Assembly: GCA_002269645.1 (NCBI GenBank)
Contig: NIVC01001843.1
Span: forward strand, 167,008 to 231,007
Source: Macrostomum lignano
Lineage: Eukaryota
Direction of reading: 5' to 3'
DNA: 64,000 bases
Shown: positions 1 through 13,011 of the stretch, one piece after another
Position numbering within the stretch: the first letter of the stretch is position 1
Layout of the letters: every line of letters starts with the position of its first letter
Translations under genes and position numbers: made by a program
Notes under the pieces: model-generated
What the model saw: only the letters and a program-made list of their open reading frames with translations
The model's database searches: none
Told to the model about the DNA's origin: nothing

Positions 1-3000
1 CTCAACTGATCTGAGGTTGTTGAGTATCTCAACTGATCTGAGGTTGTTGAGTATCTCAACTGATCTGAGGTTGTTGAGTATCTCAACTGATCTGAGGTTG
101 TTGAGTATCTCAACTGATCTGAGGTTGTTGAGTATCTCAACTGATCTGAGGTTGTTGAGTATCTCAACTGATCTGAGGTTGTTGAGTATCTCAACTGATC
201 TGAGGTTGTTGAGTATCTCAACTGATCTGAGGTTGTTGAGTATCTCAACTGATCTGAGGTTGTTGAGTATCTCAACTGATCTGAGGTTGTTGAGTATCTC
301 AACTGATCTGAGGTTGTTGAGTATCTCAACTGATCTGAGGTTGTTGAGTATCTCAACTGATCTGAGGTTGTTGAGTATCTCAACTGATCTGAGGTTGTTG
401 AGTATCTCAACTGATCTGAGGTTGTTGAGTATCTCAACTGATCTGAGGTTGTTGAGTATCTCAACTGATCTGAGGTTGTTGAGTATCTCAACTGATCTGA
501 AGGTTGTTGAGTATCTCAACTGATCTGAGGTTGTTGAGTATCTCAACTGATCTGAGGTTGTTGAGTATCTCAACTGATCTGAGGTTGTTGAGTATCTCAA
601 CTGATCTGAAGGTTGTTGAGTATCTCAACTGATCTGAGGTTGTTGAGTATCTCAACTGATCTGAGGTTGTTGAGTATCTCAACTGATCTGAGGTTGTTGA
701 GTATCTCAACTGATCTGAGGTTGTTGAGTATCTCAACTGATCTGAGGTTGTTGAGTATCTCAACTGATCTGAGGTTGTTGAGTATCTCAACTGATCTGAG
801 GTTGTTGAGTATCTCAACTGATCTGAGGTTGTTGAGTATCTCAACTGATCTGAAGGTTGTTGAGTATCTCAACTGATCTGAGGTTGTTGAGTATCTCAAC
901 TGATCTGAGGTTGTTGAGTATCTCAACTGATCTGAGGTTGTTGAGTATCTCAACTGATCTGAGGTTGTTGAGTATCTCAACTGATCTGAGGTTGTTGAGT
1001 ATCTCAACTGATCTGAAGGTTGTTGAGTATCTCAACTGATCTGAGGTTGTTGAGTATCTCAACTGATCTGAGGTTGTTGAGTATCTCAACTGATCTGAAG
1101 GTTGTTGAGTATCTCAACTGATCTGAAGGTTGTTGAGTATCTCAACTGATCTGAAGGTTGTTGAGTATCTCAACTGATCTGAAGGTTGTTGAGTATCTCA
1201 ACTGATCTGAAGGTTGTTGAGTATCTCAACTGATCTGAAGGTTGTTGAGTATCTCAACTGATCTGAAGGTTGTTGAGTATCTCAACTGATCTGAAGGTTG
1301 TTGAGTATCTCAACTGATCTGAGGTTGTTGAGTATCTCAACTGATCTGAAGGTTGTTGAGTATCTCAACTGATCTGAGGTTGTTGAGTATCTCAACTGAT
1401 CTGAGGTTGTTGAGTATCTCAACTGATCTGAGGTTGTTGAGTATCTCAACTGATCTGAGGTTGTTGAGTATCTCAACTGATCTGAGGTTGTTGAGTATCT
1501 CAACTGATCTGAGGTTGTTGAGTATCTCAACTGATCTGAGGTTGTTGAGTATCTCAACTGATCTGAGGTTGTTGAGTATCTCAACTGATCTGAAGGTTGT
1601 TGAGTATCTCAACTGATCTGAAGGTTGTTGAGTATCTCAACTGATCTGAAGGTTGTTGAGTATCTCAACTGATCTGAAGGTTGTTGAGTATCTCAACTGA
1701 TCTGAAGGTTGTTGAGTATCTCAACTGATCTGAAGGTTGTTGAGTATCTCAACTGATCTGAGGTTGTTGAGTATCTCAACTGATCTGAAGGTTGTTGAGT
1801 ATCTCAACTGATCTGAGGTTGTTGAGTATCTCAACTGATCTGAGGTTGTTGAGTATCTCAACTGATCTGAGGTTGTTGAGTATCTCAACTGATCTGAGGT
1901 TGTTGAGTATCTCAACTGATCTGAAGGTTGTTGAGTATCTCAACTGATCTGAGGTTGTTGAGTATCTCAACTGATCTGAGGTTGTTGAGTATCTCAACTG
2001 ATCTGAGGTTGTTGAGTATCTCAACTGATCTGAGGTTGTTGAGTATCTCAACTGATCTGAGGTTGTTGAGTATCTCAACTGATCTGAGGTTGTTGAGTAT
2101 CTCAACTGATCTGAGGTTGTTGAGTATCTCAACTGATCTGAGGTTGTTGAGTATCTCAACTGATCTGAGGTTGTTGAGTATCTCAACTGATCTGAGGTTG
2201 TTGAGTATCTCAACTGATCTGAAGGTTGTTGAGTATCTCAACTGATCTGAGGTTGTTGAGTATCTCAACTGATCTGAGGTTGTTGAGTATCTCAACTGAT
2301 CTGAGGTTGTTGAGTATCTCAACTGATCTGAAGGTTGTTGAGTATCTCAACTGATCTGAAGGTTGTTGAGTATCTCAACTGATCTGAAGGTTGTTGAGTA
2401 TCTCAACTGATCTGAAGGTTGTTGAGTATCTCAACTGATCTGAAGGTTGTTGAGTATCTCAACTGATCTGAAGGTTGTTGAGTATCTCAACTGATCTGAA
2501 GGTTGTTGAGTATCTCAACTGATCTGAAGGTTGTTGAGTATCTCAACTGATCTGAGGTTGTTGAGTATCTCAACTGATCTGAAGGTTGTTGAGTATCTCA
2601 ACTGATCTGAGGTTGTTGAGTATCTCAACTGATCTGAGGTTGTTGAGTATCTCAACTGATCTGAGGTTGTTGAGTATCTCAACTGATCTGAGGTTGTTGA
2701 GTATCTCAACTGATCTGAGGTTGTTGAGTATCTCAACTGATCTGAGGTTGTTGAGTATCTCAACTGATCTGAGGTTGTTGAGTATCTCAACTGATCTGAG
2801 GTTGTTGAGTATCTCAACTGATCTGAGGTTGTTGAGTATCTCAACTGATCTGAGGTTGTTGAGTATCTCAACTGATCTGAGGTTGTTGAGTATCTCAACT
2901 GATCTGAAGGTTGTTGAGTATCTCAACTGATCTGAAGGTTGTTGAGTATCTCAACTGATCTGAAGGTTGTTGAGTATCTCAACTGATCTGAAGGTTGTTG

Positions 3001-6000
3001 AGTATCTCAACTGATCTGAAGGTTGTGAGTATCTCAACTGATCTGAAGGTTGTTGAGTATCTCAACTGATCTGAAGGTTGTTGAGTATCTCAACTGATCT
3101 GAAGGTTGTTGAGTATCTCAACTGATCTGAAGGTTGTTGAGTATCTCAACTGATCTGAAGGTTGTTGAGTATCTCAACTGATCTGAGGTTGTTGAGTATC
3201 TCAACTGATCTGAGGTTGTTGAGTATCTCAACTGATCTGAGGTTGTTGAGTATCTCAACTGATCTGAGGTTGTTGAGTATCTCAACTGATCTGAAGGTTG
3301 TTGAGTATCTCAACTGATCTGAAGGTTGTTGAGTATCTCAACTGATCTGAGGTTGTTGAGTATCTCAACTGATCTGAGGTTGTTGAGTATCTCAACTGAT
3401 CTGAGGTTGTTGAGTATCTCAACTGATCTGAGGTTGTTGAGTATCTCAACTGATCTGAAGGTTGTTGAGTATCTCAACTGATCTGAAGGTTGTTGAGTAT
3501 CTCAACTGATCTGAGGTTGTTGAGTATCTCAACTGATCTGAGGTTGTTGAGTATCTCAACTGATCTGAGGTTGTTGAGTATCTCAACTGATCTGAAGGTT
3601 GTTGAGTATCTCAACTGATCTGAGGTTGTTGAGTATCTCAACTGATCTGAGGTTGTTGAGTATCTCAACTGATCTGAGGTTGTTGAGTATCTCAACTGAT
3701 CTGAAGGTTGTTGAGTATCTCAACTGATCTGAAGGTTGTTGAGTATCTCAACTGATCTGAAGGTTGTTGAGTATCTCAACTGATCTGAAGGTTGTTGAGT
3801 ATCTCAACTGATCTGAAGGTTGTTGAGTATCTCAACTGAGTCTCAACTGATCTGAAGGTTGTTGAGTATCTCAACTGATCTGAAGGTTGTTGAGTATCTC
3901 AACTGATCTGAAGGTTGTTGAGTATCTCAACTGATCTGAAGGTTGTTGAGTATCTCAACTGATCTGAAGGTTGTTGAGTATCTCAACTGATCTGAAGGTT
4001 GTTGAGTATCTCAACTGATCTGAAGGTTGTTGAGTATCTCAACTGATCTGAAGGTTGTTGAGTATCTCAACTGATCTGAGGTTGTTGAGTATCTCAACTG
4101 ATCTGAGGTTGTTGAGTATCTCAACTGATCTGAAGGTTGTTGAGTATCTCAACTGATCTGAGGTTGTTGAGTATCTCAACTGATCTGAGGTTGTTGAGTA
4201 TCTCAACTGATCTGAGGTTGTTGAGTATCTCAACTGATCTGAGGTTGTTGAGTATCTCAACTGATCTGAAGGTTGTTGAGTATCTCAACTGATCTGAGGT
4301 TGTTGAGTATCTCAACTGATCTGAGGTTGTTGAGTATCTCAACTGATCTGAGGTTGTTGAGTATCTCAACTGATCTGAGGTTGTTGAGTATCTCAACTGA
4401 TCTGAAGGTTGTTGAGTATCTCAACTGATCTGAGGTTGTTGAGTATCTCAACTGATCTGAGGTTGTTGAGTATCTCAACTGATCTGAGGTTGTTGAGTAT
4501 CTCAACTGATCTGAAGGTTGTTGAGTATCTCAACTGATCTGAGGTTGTTGAGTATCTCAACTGATCTGAGGTTGTTGAGTATCTCAACTGATCTGAAGGT
4601 TGTTGAGTATCTCAACTGATCTGAGGTTGTTGAGTATCTCAACTGATCTGAAGGTTGTTGAGTATCTCAACTGATCTGAGGTTGTTGAGTATCTCAACTG
4701 ATCTGAGGTTGTTGAGTATCTCAACTGATCTGAAGGTTGTTGAGTATCTCAACTGATCTGAGGTTGTTGAGTATCTCAACTGATCTGAGGTTGTTGAGTA
4801 TCTCAACTGATCTGAAGGTTGTTGAGTATCTCAACTGATCTGAGGTTGTTGAGTATCTCAACTGATCTGAGGTTGTTGAGTATCTCAACTGATCTGAAGG
4901 TTGTTGAGTATCTCAACTGATCTGAAGGTTGTTGAGTATCTCAACTGATCTGAAGGTTGTTGAGTATCTCAACTGATCTGAGGTTGTTGAGTATCTCAAC
5001 TGATCTGAAGGTTGTTGAGTATCTCAACTGATCTGAAGGTTGTTGAGTATCTCAACTGATCTGAAGGTTGTTGAGTATCTCAACTGATCTGAAGGTTGTT
5101 GAGTATCTCAACTGATCTGAGGTTGTTGAGTATCTCAACTGATCTGAGGTTGTTGAGTATCTCAACTGATCTGAGGTTGTTGAGTATCTCAACTGATCTG
5201 AGGTTGTTGAGTATCTCAACTGATCTGAGGTTGTTGAGTATCTCAACTGATCTGAGGTTGTTGAGTATCTCAACTGATCTGAGGTTGTTGAGTATCTCAA
5301 CTGATCTGAGGTTGTTGAGTATCTCAACTGATCTGAGGTTGTTGAGTATCTCAACTGATCTGAGGTTGTTGAGTATCTCAACTGATCTGAGGTTGTTGAG
5401 TATCTCAACTGATCTGAGGTTGTTGAGTATCTCAACTGATCTGAGGTTGTTGAGTATCTCAACTGATCTGAGGTTGTTGAGTATCTCAACTGATCTGAGG
5501 TTGTTGAGTATCTCAACTGATCTGAGGTTGTTGAGTATCTCAACTGATCTGAGGTTGTTGAGTATCTCAACTGATCTGAGGTTGTTGAGTATCTCAACTG
5601 ATCTGAAGGTTGTTGAGTATCTCAACTGATCTGAGGTTGTTGAGTATCTCAACTGATCTGAAGGTTGTTGAGTATCTCAACTGATCTGAGGTTGTTGAGT
5701 ATCTCAACTGATCTGAGGTTGTTGAGTATCTCAACTGATCTGAAGGTTGTTGAGTATCTCAACTGATCTGAAGGTTGTTGAGTATCTCAACTGATCTGAA
5801 GGTTGTTGAGTATCTCAACTGATCTGAAGGTTGTTGAGTATCTCAACTGATCTGAAGGTTGTTGAGTATCTCAACTGATCTGAGGTTGTTGAGTATCTCA
5901 ACTGATCTGAGGTTGTTGAGTATCTCAACTGATCTGAGGTTGTTGAGTATCTCAACTGATCTGAAGGTTGTTGAGTATCTCAACTGATCTGAGGTTGTTG

Positions 6001-9000
6001 AGTATCTCAACTGATCTGAGGTTGTTGAGTATCTCAACTGATCTGAGGTTGTTGAGTATCTCAACTGATCTGAGGTTGTTGAGTATCTCAACTGATCTGA
6101 GGTTGTTGAGTATCTCAACTGATCTGAGGTTGTTGAGTATCTCAACTGATCTGAGGTTGTTGAGTATCTCAACTGATCTGAGGTTGTTGAGTATCTCAAC
6201 TGATCTGAGGTTGTTGAGTATCTCAACTGATCTGAGGTTGTTGAGTATCTCAACTGATCTGAGGTTGTTGAGTATCTCAACTGATCTGAAGGTTGTTGAG
6301 TATCTCAACTGATCTGAGGTTGTTGAGTATCTCAACTGATCTGAGGTTGTTGAGTATCTCAACTGATCTGAAGGTTGTTGAGTATCTCAACTGATCTGAG
6401 GTTGTTGAGTATCTCAACTGATCTGAGGTTGTTGAGTATCTCAACTGATCTGAAGGTTGTTGAGTATCTCAACTGATCTGAAGGTTGTTGAGTATCTCAA
6501 CTGATCTGAAGGTTGTTGAGTATCTCAACTGATCTGAAGGTTGTTGAGTATCTCAACTGATCTGAAGGTTGTTGAGTATCTCAACTGATCTGAAGGTTGT
6601 TGAGTATCTCAACTGATCTGAAGGTTGTTGAGTATCTCAACTGATCTGAAGGTTGTTGAGTATCTCAACTGATCTGAGGTTGTTGAGTATCTCAACTGAT
6701 CTGAAGGTTGTTGAGTATCTCAACTGATCTGAGGTTGTTGAGTATCTCAACTGATCTGAGGTTGTTGAGTATCTCAACTGATCTGAGGTTGTTGAGTATC
6801 TCAACTGATCTGAGGTTGTTGAGTATCTCAACTGATCTGAGGTTGTTGAGTATCTCAACTGATCTGAGGTTGTTGAGTATCTCAACTGATCTGAGGTTGT
6901 TGAGTATCTCAACTGATCTGAAGGTTGTTGAGTATCTCAACTGATCTGAAGGTTGTTGAGTATCTCAACTGATCTGAAGGTTGTTGAGTATCTCAACTGA
7001 TCTGAAGGTTGTTGAGTATCTCAACTGATCTGAGGTTGTTGAGTATCTCAACTGATCTGAAGGTTGTTGAGTATCTCAACTGATCTGAGGTTGTTGAGTA
7101 TCTCAACTGATCTGAGGTTGTTGAGTATCTCAACTGATCTGAGGTTGTTGAGTATCTCAACTGATCTGAGGTTGTTGAGTATCTCAACTGATCTGAGGTT
7201 GTTGAGTATCTCAACTGATCTGAGGTTGTTGAGTATCTCAACTGATCTGAGGTTGTTGAGTATCTCAACTGATCTGAGGTTGTTGAGTATCTCAACTGAT
7301 CTGAGGTTGTTGAGTATCTCAACTGATCTGAGGTTGTTGAGTATCTCAACTGATCTGAGGTTGTTGAGTATCTCAACTGATCTGAGGTTGTTGAGTATCT
7401 CAACTGATCTGAGGTTGTTGAGTATCTCAACTGATCTGAGGTTGTTGAGTATCTCAACTGATCTGAGGTTGTTGAGTATCTCAACTGATCTGAGGTTGTT
7501 GAGTATCTCAACTGATCTGAGGTTGTTGAGTATCTCAACTGATCTGAGGTTGTTGAGTATCTCAACTGATCTGAGGTTGTTGAGTATCTCAACTGATCTG
7601 AGGTTGTTGAGTATCTCAACTGATCTGAGGTTGTTGAGTATCTCAACTGATCTGAAGGTTGTTGAGTATCTCAACTGATCTGAAGGTTGTTGAGTATCTC
7701 AACTGATCTGAAGGTTGTTGAGTATCTCAACTGATCTGAAGGTTGTTGAGTATCTCAACTGATCTGAAGGTTGTTGAGTATCTCAACTGATCTGAAGGTT
7801 GTTGAGTATCTCAACTGATCTGAGGTTGTTGAGTATCTCAACTGATCTGAAGGTTGTTGAGTATCTCAACTGATCTGAGGTTGTTGAGTATCTCAACTGA
7901 TCTGAAGGTTGTTGAGTATCTCAACTGATCTGAGGTTGTTGAGTATCTCAACTGATCTGAAGGTTGTTGAGTATCTCAACTGATCTGAGGTTGTTGAGTA
8001 TCTCAACTGATCTGAAGGTTGTTGAGTATCTCAACTGATCTGAGGTTGTTGAGTATCTCAACTGATCTGAGGTTGTTGAGTATCTCAACTGATCTGAAGG
8101 TTGTTGAGTATCTCAACTGATCTGAGGTTGTTGAGTATCTCAACTGATCTGAGGTTGTTGAGTATCTCAACTGATCTGAGGTTGTTGAGTATCTCAACTG
8201 ATCTGAGGTTGTTGAGTATCTCAACTGATCTGAAGGTTGTTGAGTATCTCAACTGATCTGAGGTTGTTGAGTATCTCAACTGATCTGAGGTTGTTGAGTA
8301 TCTCAACTGATCTGAAGGTTGTTGAGTATCTCAACTGATCTGAGGTTGTTGAGTATCTCAACTGATCTGAGGTTGTTGAGTATCTCAACTGATCTGAAGG
8401 TTGTTGAGTATCTCAACTGATCTGAAGGTTGTTGAGTATCTCAACTGATCTGAAGGTTGTTGAGTATCTCAACTGATCTGAGGTTGTTGAGTATCTCAAC
8501 TGATCTGAAGGTTGTTGAGTATCTCAACTGATCTGAAGGTTGTTGAGTATCTCAACTGATCTGAAGGTTGTTGAGTATCTCAACTGATCTGAAGGTTGTT
8601 GAGTATCTCAACTGATCTGAGGTTGTTGAGTATCTCAACTGATCTGAAGGTTGTTGAGTATCTCAACTGATCTGAGGTTGTTGAGTATCTCAACTGATCT
8701 GAGGTTGTTGAGTATCTCAACTGATCTGAGGTTGTTGAGTATCTCAACTGATCTGAGGTTGTTGAGTATCTCAACTGATCTGAGGTTGTTGAGTATCTCA
8801 ACTGATCTGAGGTTGTTGAGTATCTCAACTGATCTGAGGTTGTTGAGTATCTCAACTGATCTGAGGTTGTTGAGTATCTCAACTGATCTGAGGTTGTTGA
8901 GTATCTCAACTGATCTGAGGTTGTTGAGTATCTCAACTGATCTGAGGTTGTTGAGTATCTCAACTGATCTGAGGTTGTTGAGTATCTCAACTGATCTGAG

Positions 9001-9697
9001 GTTGTTGAGTATCTCAACTGATCTGAAGGTTGTTGAGTATCTCAACTGATCTGAGGTTGTTGAGTATCTCAACTGATCTGAGGTTGTTGAGTATCTCAAC
9101 TGATCTGAAGGTTGTTGAGTATCTCAACTGATCTGAGGTTGTTGAGTATCTCAACTGATCTGAAGGTTGTTGAGTATCTCAACTGATCTGAGGTTGTTGA
9201 GTATCTCAACTGATCTGAAGGTTGTTGAGTATCTCAACTGATCTGAAGGTTGCTGAGTATCTCAACTGGTCTGAAGGTTTTTGAGTATCTCAACTGATCT
9301 GAGGTTGTTGAGTATCTCAACTGATCTGAAGGTTGTTGAGTATCTCAACTGATCTGAAGGTTGTTGAGTATCTCAACTGATCTGAAGGTTGTTGAGTATC
9401 TCAACTGATCTGAAGGTTGCTGAGTATCTCAACTGATCTGAAGGTTGCTGAGTATCTCAACTGATCTGAAGGTTGTTGAGTATCTCAACTGATCTGAAGG
9501 TTGTTGAGTATCTCAACTGATCTGAGGTTGTTAAGTATCTCAACTAATCTGAAGGTTGCTGAGTATCTCAACTGGTCTGAAGGTTGTTGAGTATCTCAAC
9601 TGATCTGAAGGTTGTTGAGTATCTCAACTAATCTGAAGGTTGCTGAGTATCTCAACTGATCTGAGGTTGTTGAGTATCTCAACTGATCTGAAGGTTG
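1..9697. repeat. Large satellite array, 27-bp unit CTCAACTGATCTGAGGTTGTTGAGTAT and 28-bp variant (...TGAAGG...), running off the left edge
   Basis: About 350 near-identical head-to-tail units. The palindrome GTTGAG-TAT-CTCAAC spans each unit junction. Anomalous units occur at ~3025 and ~3840, and substitutions accumulate after ~9250. Confidence 0.99.
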
Positions 9698-10314
9698 GGT
9701 ATCTGAACTAATTTAGGCATGCCTAGGAGAAAGAGGATTTCACTAATTTATAAATGGTTGCCTCGTCAGTGCAAAATTTTGACGCACAATCTACAGTCAC
9801 TACTTTGGTAAGCTAGCTTTATGATTGGAAATTATCTGGTTAATTTCACACAGAATTAGTGCTATCATACAGCTAGGAAACCAAAGAGTGTGACTGAGAC
9901 GCTGGAAACTCACCCTTGTGGTGACCGCGTTGATCGCTAAAGTCAAGGCGACTTAATTGAATCGCTAGTAATTGCATGGATTTTATTTATAGAGCCCTCG
10001 GCTTCCGACAAACTGCATAATGGTGCCTCACGCCGCCCGCCTTCCTGTCCTCGATCGTGGACCTCAATGCTGCAAAGCAGAATCAGAAGGGGCCCACTGA
10101 GGCAAACATCCCCACTCAGATTCAATTAGTAAAGCGAATGGTTTCTGGGCAAAGTGTAACAATTTTTGTAATGGCTGCCCCTGGCTTGGCTGACCGTGCC
10201 TTCCTGTTTTATGCATTGTAATATTGACTCATCCAAGCAATTATTGGCTTATTGATGTTGATCTTCAATTCATGAGCAACCATCAGTCTTTTAAACTGTG
10301 CGAGTGCCTGTCCG

Positions 10315-11202
10315 TAAATGTGTCTGGCTGTCCGTCTGTGTGTCTCAGTCTCTTAGTGTCTGTCTGTCCGTCTGTGTGTCTCAGTCTCTTAGTGTCTGTC
10401 TGTCCGCCTATGTGTCTTAGTCTCTTAGTGTCTGTCTGTCCGTCTATGTGTCTTAGTGTCTGTCCGTCTACTTGTCTTAGTGTCTGTCTGTCCGTCTGTG
10501 TGTCTTAGTGTCTGTCCGTCTATGTGTCTTAGTCTCTTAGTGTCTGTATATGTGTCTTAGTCTCTTAGTGTCTGTCTGTCCGTCTATGTGTCCTAGTCTC
10601 TTAATGTCTGTCTGTCCGTCTATGTCTCTTAGTGTCTGTGTCTGTATATGTGTCTCAGTCTCTTAGTGTCTGTCTGTCCGTCTAGGTCTCTTAGTGTTTG
10701 TGTCTGTATATGTGTCTCAGTCTCTTAGTGTCTGTCTGTCCGCCTATGTGTCTTAGTCTCTTAGTGTCTGTCTGTCCGTCTATGTGTCTTAGTGTCTGTC
10801 CGTCTACTTGTCTTAGTGTCTGTCTGTCCGTCTGTGTGTCTTAGTGTCTGTCCGTCTATGTGTCTTAGTCTCTTAGTGTCTGTATATGTGTCTTAGTCTC
10901 TTAGTGTCTGTATATGTGTCTTAGTCTCTTAGTGTCTGTCTGTCCGTCTATGTGTCTTAATGTCTGTCTGTCTACGTGTCTTAGTGTCTGTCTGTCCGTC
11001 TGTGTGTCTTAGTGTCTGTCCGTCTATGTGTCTTAGTGTCTGTCTGTCCGTCTAAGTGTCTTACTCGAAGTGTCTGTCCGTCTATGTGTCTTAGTGTCTG
11101 TCTGTCCGTCTATGTGTCTTAGTGTCTGTCTGTCCGTCTATGTGTCTTAGTGTCTGTCTGTCCGTCTATGTGTCTTAGTGTCTGTCTGTTCATGTCTCTT
11201 AG

Positions 11203-11287
<85 letters not shown>

Positions 11288-11315
11288 GCTTGTCTGTCTG
11301 TCTGTCTTTCTGTTT
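10315..11315. repeat. Compound TGTC/TCTTAG low-complexity repeat ending in a (CTGT)n microsatellite
   Basis: Direct reading: GTGTCTTAGTGTCTGTCTGTCCGTCTAT-like units, then pure CTGT at ~11203-11290. Confidence 0.95.
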
Positions 11316-11649
11316 GTCTGTCTATTTAATAAGATGCTGTATCGTACTCTAGTCAATAGCGGCGTGAAAAAAATTAAGCAGAATGAGACTCGGCTACTCT
11401 CGAGGGCTTATAAGAGGCTAAAATATTGCTCAAAAGGTAGATAAATTAACCATGGCACGTGTCTCGTGGACACACAGTAGCCAGGAGACTGAGGGAACAT
11501 GCACAAAAGGTAAAGCTGGACAGAGAGGAGAAGAAGAGGCAGTTCCAGCGACAATTAAATTTGCTCAGAGTTCCAGGCTGCTTTCTATTCAAAATGAAAG
11601 GTCAAAGTATTTTAAGTAGATGGATATATGTACTGCTAGATAATACTAG

Positions 11650-12344
<695 letters not shown>

Positions 12345-13011
12345 TCTACATGTATATGGAATGCATACGCAAGCCCAGCGCACGTTGGCACACAAGAACG
12401 CAAGAGCATTCACTAGCGAAGGCGGAAAAATACATATTGAGCAAGCGCAAAAGACTGATAGAAAAATAGTGCCTCAGTCCGTTCTCGCGGTAAGAGCGAG
12501 TTTAAGGGCAGGGGTTGGGGCGGCGCAGGCGGTCGCACTGGGGCCGTCGAGCTCCGAGTACAGCTCTGCCCCGGGTGTCAGTGGCTGCTCCATCCGACAC
12601 GTGCGACAGGCACGGAGTGAGTGGCCTTAGAAAAGATGGACGGGGCTCATTTATGCTCACCTCTCAGCTTAGCGTCTGTCCGCTCTGCAATGCCCCCCGA
12701 GCTAATTGTCTTCAATTTATGCTCAACCACCCCTTACTTTGATCCAGCTAAACGCTAAGACACGACCCTCAACAACGGCTGCAAAAATAGCCCAGAAGAC
12801 GCTAAACATTGAAACAGAAAAATAAAAATTTTCTCCCGTCAACAGCTTGAACTTGTTTTGCGCGTACATTATTATATTATTGCAAAGTTGGCTGCATTTC
12901 CGGACTTGGTTAGTGCGGACCACTATGTTCCATCTGGAAGCCACCGAGCAGGTGATTTAGTTCGTCAATTGCTAATTGAAGGCAGTATTATTCGATAATT
13001 GGACAGCGGCC

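Noticed and set aside
17-9099. Dozens of ORFs such as LRLLSISTD, RYSTTSDQL and RSVEILNNL
   Set aside because: These are translations of a 27-bp (in-frame) satellite unit, with starts and stops created by the 28-bp variant.
1-9697. CRISPR-like appearance (27-28-bp partly palindromic repeat with GTTG/CAAC)
   Set aside because: The units are contiguous with no spacers, there are no cas genes, and the context is eukaryotic.
9940-10230. Possible exon or ORF right of the satellite
   Set aside because: No recognisable domain and no consistent splice partner.
11340-11620. GHTVARRLREH as a GIY-YIG (Penelope-like) endonuclease fragment
   Set aside because: The match is too short, with no GIY or YIG motif and no adjacent RT sequence.
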